DNA of 63,203 bases, the filler included, from Lenisia limosa (Eukaryota > Protista > Breviatea): assembly GCA_001655205.1 (NCBI GenBank). It is 10 parts of 10 records of this genome, joined end to end, with 100 filler letters (N's around TTAATTAATTAA, not from the genome) between each part and the next. Parts side by side here need not be neighbours in the genome. Positions count along the whole stretch, not along the records: positions 11,711 to 17,245 come from LPNZ01006926.1; positions 17,346 to 29,240 come from LPNZ01005814.1; 8 more parts are not named here. The stretch is one strand, 5' to 3'. Position 1 is the stretch's first letter; every line of letters starts with the position of its first letter. Under the pieces are notes generated by a model. The model saw only the letters and a program-made list of their open reading frames with translations, had not been told where the DNA came from and made no database searches. Positions 11,805-24,645 of this stretch are shown here, in pieces. Position numbers and translations under genes: made by a program.

Positions 11805-14800
11805 ATCCAAACTGTCGTGGCTGTTGACATCCTTTAGAATGACATTTGCATCATGGAAGCGCTACCGTACCCAGCATTCTCCGCCTGAATTACCTTCCGA
11901 GTCTCTCAGGTTGGTGTGGCGATGGGATGTTTACAAAAGATTCGGAACCAATTTCCAGAATCCCTACTTTCATGTCTCCAATTCCAGAACTCCAATTTAT
12001 ATTTATCTCCGTCCTCTTACATGCCTGTTGATGGTTGTACCTCTAATTCTAACGTCCGTGTATAATAGCACAGAGTTGTAAGGCAAATGATTGGGTGAAT
12101 TAATATGATACTATAATCTAGTAGCTCTTATCAGCGTGATGGTGTGGACGGCTTCGGCTAGAAACAACCTTATTTTTTATTTCTCATTGCTGACAGCTTC
12201 ATCTCATCCAGCTCCCTATAAATAGTTACCCAAACATTTTGCTAACATTCTATGTTTTTTGTTTCATGGACTCTCCAATCACCCCCTCTAGATGGATTGC
12301 TAGATGGATGCAGAACTGTCTCCACATTCCCATCGCTGCGCAGGCTGACATTGTGGCCAGTGGTGAAGGTTGAGGGGATGTCTACTACGCGTATTCATGT
12401 AGTACATCTAGCTGTATACATTGTATATAATATCTAAATAAAAGCCCAAAATCAACTCTATTGGCTAGTGGCGGNNNNNNNNNNNNNNNNNNNNNNNNNN
12501 NNNNNNNNNNNNNNNNNNNNNNNNNNNNNNNNNNNNNNNNNNNNNNNNNNNNNNNNNNNNNNNNNNNNNNNNNNNNNNNNNNNNNNNNNNNNNNNNNNNN
12601 NNNNNNNNNNNNNNNNNNNNNNNNNNNNNNNNNNNNNNNNNNNNNNNNNNNNNNNNNNNNNNNNNNNNNNNNNNNNNNNNNNNNNNNNNNNNNNNNNNNN
12701 TGCGCCAAGTCTCGGCTGAAATGGCGCAAATTACGCTCAGAGACGCCTTCACATCCTGGAGGGATCGGGCAAAGTACATGGGAGGGAACAGGAAGGTACC
12801 CTTATCAATATGATGGCAAAAATGGTCCAAATCAAGGAATACCTTACCGTACAACTACTGCACATGGAAAGATTGAATTTATAAAATCCTTGAAAACTAT
12901 CAATATTATATAGCATTTTTGTGACAACTGGATAATTGCTCAACTCTCATTTGAGGCATTTTCTCGGTAATATCGTACCTAGTTTCGAGGCCATATGCTT
13001 CATTGCAAAGATGGACATTGATTCAGGGGCTTACTTCCTCAGAATCACGCAGGACGCTCTGTCGGTTATGGTGGAAAGGGCACGGCTCAGGCGTTTGAAC
13101 GAATTCACCCTGGCATGGCTGGGTATAGCGCATAAATTGTGGGGGGGTATTTTCAACAGACAGTTATATGAAAATATAAGATCTCATATATATCCGCTTA
13201 TAACAGACCTATATCCCCGGTACAACCAACAGTAGTAGTCTCATAATTCCACCACCCCCTTAAAGTACCCGCTGGGATTTTTTTTTGTTTCATAAATCAA
13301 CCCGTTTCAAAAACTGTACCACCTCCCGCCACTGCAGAAGNNNNNNNNNNNNNNNNNNNNNNNNNNNNNNNNNNNNNNNNNNNNNNNNNNNNNNNNNNNN
13401 NNNNNNNNNNNNNNNNNNNNNNNNNNNNNNNNNNNNNNNNNNNNNNNNNNNNNNNNNNNNNNNNNNNNNNNNNNNNNNGATTTACCCCCCCCCCCCTGAC
13501 AACTCAAGAGCGGTCCTACATCGGCTGCAAGAAGGCTTCCAGACCCGGCATAACAAGCTGGTTCTCCGCAATGGTTTTGAAGAGGTCAGGGGTTTGATAG
13601 GGCTTTGAAGAAATGTGTCATCAAGGAGGTGTCATCAAGGGGGTGTGTCAGTGCTGAACAGTTGGACTGAAGTGATATTACCTCGTATAATAGATGCTAC
13701 ATTCCAACCCTCTTCAGCCAATACGATCCTGTTCACCTCACTCAGTTATACCCCCCCCCCCCAGATCACTGGCGTGTTNNNNNNNNNNNNNNNNNNNNNN
13801 NNNNNNNNNNNNNNNNNNNNNNNNNNNNNNNNNNNNNNNNNNNNNNNNNNNNNNNNNNNNNNNNNNNNNNNNNNNNNNNNNNNNNNNNNNNNNNNNNNNN
13901 NNNNNNNNNNNNNNNNNNNNNNNNNNNNNNNNNNNNNNNNNNNNNNNNNNNNNNNNNNNNNNNNNNNNNNNNNNNNNNNNNNNNNNNAGGTCAGTAGGGT
14001 ATCAAGGGTGCGGAGGGCTGAGCGCCTGGTGTCCGAAGCCCGGCACGGCCGAATTCAGACTGCCTGTTTTGCCTACTGGCTGCAAGCCTTCCATGACAGC
14101 AAGCATAAGTGGGTGGGGGTCCATGTTGGGCTTTACTTCGGTTCGAAAAAAACCCCAAATCTCTCGATAAGCTCTCAAAAACTATCGATATTTTAACGGT
14201 TTTTTTCTAACGGACCTGAAGCCTTACTCTCATGGTAGTAAGCATAAAGGGGGGCTTTGATTGACCATTTCCTCATAATTAAAAACCTTCAAAGCGTATC
14301 TGTCTTACAGTAGCTCAAAAAATTTTCAAAAGAGGAATTGTTATTCAATTTTTGTATTAAATATCAGATGAACTATAATTAGCCTCTTAACATATTTAAG
14401 AAATTACAAATGGACACTATGTTGCTATCATTGTTTGTGTCCTCTTTTACTGAAATAAAACTATCATTAAACACACTACTGCATTTAAGATTTCAGATTA
14501 ACCTCTTACCCCTCCAGACAAAGAACCAAACAAATGGCCTTCCGTCTGCTCTACAAAACCCTTGTTTGCAAAACATTCTGTGCCTGGAAAGACTGGGCTA
14601 ATCACAGGGTGGGGGGTTAATCGGGAGTTTTTTTTATTTTTGTTGTTTTTTTTTTTTGCACTACTGTGTCTCTTGAGAAACTAGGTCATAAAGATCCATG
14701 TTTGGGTTGAGGGGAGGGGGCTTCTAAAAGCGAGAGGGTCTATTGACAGGGTTTGGGGAGTTCGGCCTGATACAACCAAATATTCATCTCAAACCAGATT

Positions 14801-17245
14801 TCACTGATCTTTAGGCTGAGAAACAGGCGAGGCAGCAGATTTGTGACGATTACCGCACCAAAAAGAACCTGACTAAGGTCGGCGGACAACTTCGCATACC
14901 TTTTTTTTGAACAAGAGATATCATGTACAGTAGATAGACAACGCTGTATAAGTCTGGACGAATGTAAAACAATTACAAATACTATCGAAGGATTACTTTC
15001 TATTGCCATTATTTGCCATATCATCTATTACCATATTAGGAACTTACCATATAATACATCTATTACCATATTTATTAGGAACTTATCAAAAAAACATCTA
15101 TTACCATATTTATTAGGCACTTGCCATATGGAGAAAGGCCACCACCCAACGCCAAGTTCTCAATGTTCTCTCATCCAAGGCCTATCAACACTGTGATAGT
15201 GTAGTCATGAAAACCGTGAGGGGGATAATCGAAATAGGGCGAAGGTGTGTTCAGGCATAATGGATGCTTTGCATTGGGATTTGGTACCTGCAGGAGCATA
15301 TATATGATATAATAAATCATATGCTTTGTTGTTTTCCGAATGTCCAGTCAACTTAGCCCCCCCCCCCTCCGTAACTGTTTGATACTTGGTGTTATCTCAG
15401 GGTTTTGTTTCTCTCTTTTGTCTCTTGATTNNNNNNNNNNNNNNNNNNNNNNNNNNNNNNNNNNNNNNNNNNNNNNNNNNNNNNNNNNNNNNNNNNNNNN
15501 NNNNNNNNNNNNNNNNNNNNNNNNNNNNNNNNNNNNNNNNNNNNNNNNNNNNNNNNNNNAGGCGGAAATGGACAGCGCGCGTGCCTGGTGCCACCGTACC
15601 AGGGCTCTGAGGTGGGTATGGGTCTGAGTTGGGGGTTGAACAAAGTGTGTGTAAATTGACTTATTTATTAATAATTCCACAATTTTTCCATCTTGACTTG
15701 AATGTACAACTTAATATTGATCGAAACAGGGCTATTCGGTCGCTGCAAAAGGCCCTCCAAATGCGCAGTGACAAACACTCCCAAATGGTGAGGCTGTGTG
15801 GTGGTGTTTGCTGAAGGTGTATTATTTTGTATTTTTCTTCCTTATTTTTTTAAAAAGGTAGTGTTTGCTGATAATAGCGTGTTTTCTTGGTGTGTATCTC
15901 TCTCAAATGAAGAGGTTTTGTTGTGTTCTTTTCAAACCCTGTTTGACTAACAGATGTTTGGCTAACAGATGTTTTTTGTTGTTGTGTTACCTCCTTAGTT
16001 GACGACCCCCCCCCCTGACTAGCCTGGTATTGTTATATTGTTTTTAACCCTCGTGTGTTTCTCAAATGCTTTGCCAACAGAGATGATTCTGGGATTTTGT
16101 TTTTCGGAAGGTTCCATTTTCACCCCCCACCCCCAGGTTCTTGCAGGAGAGCACAGAGAAAAAACGGTCATGCAGGCGGTTCTGCGGCGCTGGGGGCTCA
16201 TGTTCAAGGTATACGAGATGTAATGGAAATGATGATTGGGTGAATTATACAATCATTCAATATCTCTTTTAAGTGTGGTGGTGTGGACGGCTTCAGCCAG
16301 GTTCAACCATATTTTTTATTTTCTCAGCTATACTATATCGGTATATACTAGTGGGCTTCTATTCAAGGTATAGTGGTGTGAAATATTCAGGGTGGAGGGA
16401 GGGGGGTAATTGGGTTGTACGCTGGAAGTGCCTGGCCAGTAACTGAGCCGTGAAGTTGTTCTAAACATAGCATTCAACAACACTACGTTAAATCATGTTA
16501 CAATTTTTCGGTATTGGAAAATGGTAAATGAGACATGAAATGTTTGTCATCTACTAAATTATCATAATGAGTATGTTTATTGAGAGAGTGAAATAAACTT
16601 CTCTCACACGTCTTTGCAGATTTCCCAAGCAGAGAAGTACCGAAACCAGCTGCTCGCACGCTCGTTCCTCAAGGCCCTCAGTATCAACGTGTCCAATCGC
16701 CTTAAAAGCAGAACGGTCAGCCTTTTCTTGCATCCAAGACCCTTCTTCCCTACCTTCGAATCATTTCAGTATTTAGTTATCCACATTTTGCTGTTTTTGA
16801 CAACGCACACATACACACACACACACACACATTTTGCTATTATTGATATTTTGCTAGTATTGATATTTTGACATTGCCATTATTGACATTATTGGCATTT
16901 TCTGCTGTTAACAGGGCTTTAGGAGGTCAGTGAAGCCCGAACGAGCCTACGCAACATCAAGACCCGACGGATCCTTCACGGCTGGATGAGAAAGGTGGCT
17001 GCTAACAAGGTGGGGAGGTGGGGGGTGAGGAGAGACTATATCATCTAGTATGTTGTTTTACCATCCCAGCACCTTTACTCCAATATTCTTCATCGAAATT
17101 TCCTTCGTTTACCCCCAGCTGGTGTTTGTTATTGCTTGTTTTTTTTTTTATTTTATTTGGAGTTTCAGATTATTTGGTTCGTTCGTGATTAATACCTTTA
17201 CTCCAATATTCTTCATCGACATTTCCTTCGGTTTACCCCCCCCCC
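11805..17245 (+). CDS. Sfi1-like (centrin-binding, periodic Trp repeat) protein, internal fragment
   Basis: Many short basic helical exons with L/F-x-x-F-x-x-W-type patterns: MTFASWKRYR, TLRDAFTSWRDRAK, TACFAYWLQAF, LVCKTFCAWKDWANHR, VMQAVLRRWG, TRRILHGWMRKV. The family assignment is by pattern only. Confidence 0.5.
12068..12191 (+). mobile_element. Dispersed ~120-150-bp element (family A) with a GGC-TTCG-GCC hairpin; possible non-autonomous Helitron
   Basis: Consensus ...GCACAGAGTTGTAAGGCAAATGATTGGGTGAATT...ATATCTCTTATAAGCGTGATGGTGTGGACGGCTTCGGCCAG...TTTATTTCTCATTGCT(AG). Copies at 2888-3023(+), 12068-12191(+), 16222-16328(+), 23388-23507(+), 46530-46600(-), 49206-49257(-), 51765-51815(-) and 62906-63022(+). 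Confidence 0.8.
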
Positions 17246-17815
17246 NNNNNNNNNNNNNNNNNNNNNNNNNNNNNNNNNNNNNNNNNNNNTTAATTAATTA
17301 ANNNNNNNNNNNNNNNNNNNNNNNNNNNNNNNNNNNNNNNNNNNNTTGATTTTGTGTTGATTTTTGTCAGAAATACCACATTTAAATCGAAAATCGAAAA
17401 AGCGTGCGTTCATGGGAGTGTTCGCGTTCATGTATAGTCACTATATAGTATATGTATATCTTTTTCTAGATGCCGTAGCAAGTCGTTGGCACCTTCTTGA
17501 CTATAGAAGTATATTATTATGTACAATACAGCATTAACATGTAGAATCGATGGATTTAATGAGGAAAAGACACCAGATTCAAGTCCCCACTAAGACATTA
17601 CTCTTGTGGTGGCCCGATTCCTCCTCTTAAACAGCTGTACCAACAGCCTCAACAGCCTCAGCGCTGTGGAGGAGGTGCACGTCGCCTCCAGATAAAGAGA
17701 CAATGTCTCCATTGGTAAAAAGACGCTCATTATAGTCGCCTAAAATTTCTCATATTGATGCTTGGTTTAACAATTTTCATTATAGCAATAAAAGGGAGGG
17801 AAATTTTTTTTTTAA

Positions 17816-18610
17816 GGTGGTAGTATTGAACATGATTTGACCACTCACTTACAAATTAACAGATGAGCCAAATGGTAAAAAAATGCATTTGTCAACCTTT
17901 CAAGAGTTTACCTAGTGGGGTTTTAAGAGAATCAATATCAAGGATTGTGAAAGACATGGGGCAGGGTTAAGAGCAAACACTTGTCGGGAAATGACACTAA
18001 AGTAATAATCTGTACCAGAAAACTGCTAAGAGACGTGAGGAGGGGGTAAGGCACGATTTACTCCAAGGAAAACAACAAAAACATGCATTACTTACTATTA
18101 AACTGGCATCTGGCGATAACCATCACCTTAATTTTGGGGTTGGACGAAATAGGAGGTGCACCCCTAGAAAATATGAAAATATTATTCCTTGCTTTTCTGT
18201 CATGCAACCTATTATCGGACCTTGTTATTATTATTTTGTATGTAAGTTCATAATTTCCTTTTTGTGCCGCATTTTAATGTATTAAAAGTTTTAACAGAAG
18301 AGGTTATCAGAACGTGATTAGTGTTTTCGTTGTCCTTTTGCATTAAGTAACTCGTGTCTGTTTCCCCCTCCTCGACTCTCCTTGCAGTTTTATGGTAGAG
18401 AGTAGTACTCTAGTGTATTTCCCGACAACTGTTTGCTCATATTCGTGATAACACTGTACCATGTCTTTCGCGATCCTTGATATTGATGCTCAGGTGAACT
18501 CTTGGAAAGTTGGTATATGCATTTTTACCATTCAAATGGCCCATCAATTGATTGCTGGGAAATAATATAATTGGAAGTGAGTGGTCAAATCATGTTTAAC
18601 ACAACCACCT
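17816..18610. mobile_element. ~800-bp foldback element with ~300-bp inverted arms, Kolobok-like termini
   Basis: The left arm GGTGGTAGTATTGAACATGATTTGACCACTCAC... mirrors ...GTGAGTGGTCAAATCATGTTTAACACAACCACCT. The left flank is TTAA and the right TSD is degenerate. Confidence 0.7.
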
Positions 18611-20616
18611 GCATGGTTGTTCCTCATGATTGTGCTGTTTTTGTTGGTTTATTTACCATTTATAGAGGACGTTGCCTTCAGTGAGCTCCTCTCAGACCTA
18701 TTCGATCTTCCAAGATGATTTAGGATGAGTAGCTTGTTTTTAACACTCTAAGGACTGTAAAATGAATAATAAACTAGCTTTATCCAGGTTACTTGGTCTG
18801 GCAGAGGTATTTCCAAGGTTGGGCTGGACAATAGCAGTGAAGAAGGTGTGGACATACAATAGACACGGGTATATATCCTTGTACATCGTAAAAGAAATGT
18901 GTTTATTAAATCATGCATCCTCGCATACCCTTGCCACTCCTGAGGGGCCTTAATGGCAGCTTATGCACTCTTGCCAATTGATCTCGCACCTTTGAGGAGA
19001 TAGCGACCTTCATTGATGTTGTCAGCAATGACTGCAGCGTCGTTATCGTGAGCCTATTTAGTCTCACTAGCCTTGAACTTGGAGACAGAGGGAGTGTCAC
19101 AGGGAGAACAGCAAAGGCTACGTCTTACCAGCTTACCAGCATGGCAGAGGAAGTTGAGAGAATCGGTTGAATTCCAACTAAATGTCTAGAACAGTAAGTA
19201 TGCTGTTGACATTTAGTTTTGGATATCACAGTTGTTAGGTCGCAAAACGTCTCTTGGGCCACGAAAATACAAATTGAAGATATTACATGATATTAAGAGA
19301 TAACGACAAACAAAATTGAAAAAATCACATTTATAGACTGTTTTGAGTTATCATATTTATATCATTGATTTTATATACACTTTAGTGTCAATGAATAGAA
19401 GACTCGGTATAAGTACAACACGCTAATCTTTGTTTTTGTTCTCTGACCCGATTTTATGACGATTCTACCCGCTAGGAGGAGAATAGGAATATGGACGAAG
19501 AAAGAGGAGTAAAAGGAAGACGACAAGCTGAAGGAGAAGAAGAAAAAGGAGATTGTTTTTTACTACTGTGGTAATGGAAACGACTATCGGAAGAGGAGGT
19601 GGAGGAGGAAAGAAAAAGCAGCACGGAGTCAGCGCAAAGACCATGAGGCAATGAAGCGTCGTTATTTTTTTTGTTTTGTAGTTTAATATAACCCCAAGTA
19701 GGGTTTGTGTGTGGTTTCTTTGGGACTCCCCTTATGCAAATCGGAGACTTCTGTTTCCTGGGTTGTATACACCCCCAGATTATTGATGCATTAAAGTTCA
19801 AAGTTTTGGTTCAAAGTTCAAAGTTCAAAGTCGAGGGGTTGGTTGAGGAGTATGGTTTTTGATTTGTTTTCTACAAGTGGAATGTTCCTTCATAATCTTA
19901 AGCTACAATATGTTGGAAATCGCCAAAAGAACTATTTCAACGAGGAGGCTCTTAAAAAGTTGGATTTTGTGGACTAATTATGACTTTTGAGTTTCATTTC
20001 TGAATGTCAATATGAAACAACTGCTTGTGATCTTTTAACTTGTTTGAGCCTTGTTTTAGACAACGCTGGTAAGACCCCTTATTGTTTTATGGACAAACTG
20101 AGGATGGATCTTACTTCGGGATATTCTGTTCTACAATGGGTTAGTATGTTAGTTAATTAGTTGCTGTTGATAACCCCCAAAATATGATTGAAACTTGGAG
20201 CATGGAGGACTCCGAGTTTTTGTTTTGCAAAACAATAAATCAGTACAGAGTACAATAATAAGATGTGTTTTCTTTCAATCTTGAAAGGAGGAATGTGTGT
20301 AGCACAGTTTCTTTACCATCCAAAAGATGAGTAAAACCACGCATAAGAATATTACAATGAAAAAATAGTATTTAGTCTATTAGTGGGATCCTAGGCGCTC
20401 CCTAACTCTCTGAAAAAAAAGCAAAAAAACAATATATATAGTAAATACTCTCGTCGGAATTACATCGTAAGACGAATTAGTTGCCTTAATTTTCTGGGTG
20501 CAAACTGGTTTCAATTTTTAGAAAAAAGGTCAACTACAAAATATTATTCATATTATATTGTTTAATGGGAGTAAAATAGAAAAATAAGTTCTTACGATCG
20601 AACTATTGTTTACTCA

Positions 20617-21238
20617 GGCCGTGTTCGACCACCCTTAGATTTAAGCTTTTTCTTAGATTTACTTCGATTTTGTGTTCGACCAAAAATCTATTTTTTTTTG
20701 GGGACCACCTCTCGAGCTCCCTCAGAAATCTAAACTTTACACTTTGCACGTGACTCTCCGTGACCACTTGTGCTTCTCGTTTAGATTACATTTATAGGCC
20801 TCAAAGAAGTAATATAATTAGTTCTCTTTCAAATTTTCTGAACAAAAGCGTCTTATAGTTGGTTCCCTTTTCCTAAATAGAGCAAATCTGTCTTTTTTTT
20901 TTTCTCTCTTGAAACCACCTTTCTATCCTATAATTAGGGTCATAACCTAGAGTGGAAGTTGTAGGAACGAATAATAGTTGGTTTTGCGTTAACTTTGACC
21001 ATCTTTCTTTCACTATACTTTTGCTGGACCTTTCTCCTGATCAGTTATACTTTCTTCACCTGTGAAATTGCCATTTACAAGGCAAAGAAGCTAGAAACTC
21101 ATTCAGCAAACTCAAGCCATAGACTATGCTGGTACAAGGATAAGCTTAGATTTGTGGTCGAACACACGTGCCTCAATTCTTTAGTATCTAAACTTTCAAA
21201 ATTGAAAAAAGTTTATATCTAAGCGTTCGAACGCGGCC
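20617..21238. mobile_element. 622-bp PIF/Harbinger-type MITE
   Basis: TCA|GGCCGTGTTCGACC...GTTCGAACGCGGCC|TCA: imperfect 14-bp TIR and a perfect 3-bp TSD (TCA). Confidence 0.75.
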
Positions 21239-21268
21239 TCATGGTGGTTCTCGATTAATAAGTGATTA

Positions 21269-22080
21269 ATTATCGCGCAAGCAATCACAATGGAGATGAT
21301 TTATCCCCGCCTGGATGTGAGTGCTGTTCTGCGCCAACAGCCAGCCTCTTTGGTTGAAGAAGGTGACTGATTCTAAACACATCATTGTCAGAAGCGCTGA
21401 CTTCATTAAGGGTTGTGGGGCGGCTGTCCTCGAGGAACCTTTTTCCCTGGAATTTGAGAATGCGGAAGGTTAGTTTTATCGATTTTGTTGCATACTCATA
21501 TGATATTTTTTTTCACACTACTGGTTTCGAATTCAAATCGAATGTTCCGAAACAGGTTAAACCCCTTCCTATGGACTTATTTAAGAGGCTTATGAAAACA
21601 AGACCTCCCACATGCCCTGACAATATTTTGTTTCGTGCTATTTATCTAACTGCTTTTTTTGCCACGGTCAGAATGGGTGATTATCTTCCACGCAAGTCAA
21701 ATGAAAGAGAAAGAAGCCCACCTTTGGGCTCTGTGGTTATTGAAGACTCTTTACTTAAAATTCGGCGAGACCTGTTAAGTTTGTGCTTTCAAAAACAGTT
21801 AAACAGGAATTATGTCCTGTTAAGGCGATTAGTGACTTTTTTGCCCAATCTGTTAACAACCCCAGAAACGTTCATCACGCATTGTTTTCATGGATTTCAG
21901 GCTAAATGGCAAGAACCAGAGCTATGTCTGGAATACTCAGGGAAACTCTTTGCAAGGCTGGTATTAATGAGGATGAAGCAGGGTTAATTTGGGGGTGTTT
22001 TGAGTCCTTGCAAGACTCTTATGCACTCTCATCCAACGTAGATGTTCTCCTGATACTGTAAATCATGGTTGAACGAACAT
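21269..22080 (+). pseudogene. Tyrosine recombinase remnant (Crypton/DIRS-type)
   Basis: KPLPMDLFKRLM...DNILFRAIYLTAFFATVRMGDYLP resembles YR box I with the catalytic Arg. Downstream LRETLCKAGI is in another frame. There are short putative introns upstream. No intact H-x-x-R or catalytic Tyr, and no RT/RNaseH nearby. Confidence 0.65.
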
Positions 22081-23606
22081 TTAATACTCGAATTGTCACA
22101 AGTAACATATTATAAAGCATCTATATCTTCTACCAGATCTATCACATTGTTAATTAACACTTGTGGTAACAGTTTGGAATGGTATTCATGGAGTGCGTTC
22201 TTGGGAGGTGAAAAAAAAAAATAAACAAAGAGAATATGATCAAAATTATTTAAGTATCAGTTGTTATAAGGAAAGCAAATAGAATAGAAATATAGAAGGC
22301 GAAGGAAGTATAATCATTCGCTCCTCCAACTTCTTTGGGGTCGTTATTGGGTTCTGGTTGTCAAAAATTCCATCATAATTCCATCAGTAAATCAGTATTT
22401 CAGGCACAGACTGGTTGTATTATGTTAGTTACAATTTGAATGGGTACCTCAAGTAGAAGGAAACTATATTTTTTTTTTCGAAAGTTCTAGAAGCTTTTGA
22501 ACTTTTTGATGGTTCCCTCTAAACATTGGGATCTTAACTGATGACAAAAATATGAAAATATCCCATAGTCAGTGATTTGCATAGAATAATTGTTAACACG
22601 TGCAATGAAAAGTTTAAACATTTTGGAAACCAAAATTTCCAAGAAAACTGGAAATCACTAGTGGGGAAACACTCAATACACAGTAGGTAAGAGTGTCGGG
22701 TTATCCAACAAGTCACACCTTTTTTTTTTTTTTTAANNNNNNNNNNNNNNNNNNNNNNNNNNNNNNNNNNNNNNNNNNNNNNNNNNNNNNNNNNNNNNNN
22801 NNNNNNNNTTCCAAACTCCTGCTATGTGATACAAGTGTGTGAAGAAAACAGCTTAAGTTCTAAGGGACAAGTGGACTGAACGGAGCAACTTCAACCGGGT
22901 GATAGAATTCATGGTTGTTCACTTGTTGTATTCAAAGATCAAAAATTCGCAGGCTGTTTACTTGTTGTATTCAAAGACCTATGACACATTAATGCAAGAC
23001 CACGTCGAATTCAAGCTGGCACACTAATCATATTGTTAGCTCAGGTAGTCAACATACTTCACAACTTTCCTGATAGAGAAGTGAATACTGAGGAGATTAA
23101 GTGAAATCAAATTAGGTGTTTATAGTGCATGGTGAATTCAATCACCTCTGATACATGTATATTAAAGAATGACTATGGCGAATTTCACCCGATAATATTG
23201 ACCACTTATTTTCAGTATTCCTTACCCTATTATGACATGCGTTGAATCTAAACAACCTTTTTAAAGCAGGTTGATGATCAAAATCTTAGATTCTAGTAAA
23301 AGTAGTAAAAAGATGACGTCGTCACCGTAAGTTTATGTTCGGATATCCGTGACAATTGTCTCGCAACTATAACCTGCTTTATGCTGGGGAGGCACGCAAA
23401 AAGCTGTGTGCACAGCAAGGCAAATGATTGTGTGAATTAATACTATACTATCATCCAATATCTCTTATAAGCGTGATGGCTTCGGCCAGGTATATTTATC
23501 ATTGCTAAATATAACCTGCTTGAAAGCAGTTTCCACACTTTTCCAAAAAATCAAGACAAATTTTTCGTCGCTCTAATGAACTTCCAAGTACCAAATATAT
23601 ATAGTA

Positions 23607-23973
23607 TATATGCTCGAGGTCCTAAACTATGTCGTTAATTCGAATTATTGTCGATAATTCAATTTTCTGTGACTGTCTCTTTTTCATGTTACGATCAACT
23701 TCACAACAATTTAACTCCTAANNNNNNNNNNNNNNNNNNNNNNNNNNNNNNNNNNNNNNNNNNNNNNNNNNNNNNNNNNNNNNNNNNNNNNNNNNNNNNN
23801 NNNNNNNNNNNNNNAAGGTTATTTTTTTTCTTTGTTTCCCTTCATAAAACAAATAAAGTGTGTATATCTCAGAAATATATTACTGTTTTGAAGAAGAAAG
23901 CTGATTTGGCGACCGTAAATAAATAATGACATTAATTCGAATTAACGACATAATTTTGGCCCTTGAGCATATA
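23607..23973. mobile_element. ~365-bp MITE of the TATA|TGCT family
   Basis: TATATGCTCGAGGTCCTAAACTATGTCGTTAATTCGAATTA at the left matches the reverse complement of the right end (TATATGCTCAAGGGCCAAAATTATGTCGTTAATTCGAATTA). Confidence 0.8.
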
Positions 23974-24645
23974 CTCTATGATATGATAAATATTATGCAG
24001 GCCCGGATATATGATTATTCTTGCTCAGAAATTTTAAAAATGAAGATCTCAGAGTGATTGCATTAGTTTTATTGTTCTCTCTCTCTTCCCTCCCGCTTTT
24101 CTTCTTGTGTTATTAACAGATTTATAGCAATGATGTGGTGGGTTTTTGCTGTAACCTGGTTTTATTATCTTTATCATAAATAAATTGTAAATGCAAAGAA
24201 AATTGACATTGAAATTTATTTCGCATTTCTTACATATTTAGGAAGTCTTTCTGGATTATTTCTGAAAAACTACGAGAACTGCATTATTTCAAAAGTGAAA
24301 CAGCTTTTGCAGAGCAACAATGAAAAGGTAAATTGTTTTTTTTGTATTCACGATGAAATACGAGAAATATTTTGAGTGATTTCAAACAAATATTGAAAAT
24401 AATGTATCATGTTATTTTCCTCCTTATATCCGAAGATGTCCACTATGATGTTTCAGTTTCCTTCAATCGTCTAAAGGTGGTTCAGTATTTTTATTTTTAT
24501 TTTTATTTTTTTAAAAAATAGAAAAAAATTTGACCATGACCCTTCGGGATAATTCCGCAGGGTAGTTTTCATATGAAACAACAGTCCTGACTTTAAAATT
24601 CTACAAGTGGGTGCGTAGTCACAAAGTCATCGAATATTATGTTAA

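Noticed and set aside
12461-13608. ORF-track entries dominated by X
   Set aside because: These are artefacts of N gaps that lack stop codons.
16222-16328. Family A as a C/D-box snoRNA
   Set aside because: ATGATGA is present in only one copy and a terminal CTGA in only one other. Dispersed, diverged copies fit a mobile repeat better.
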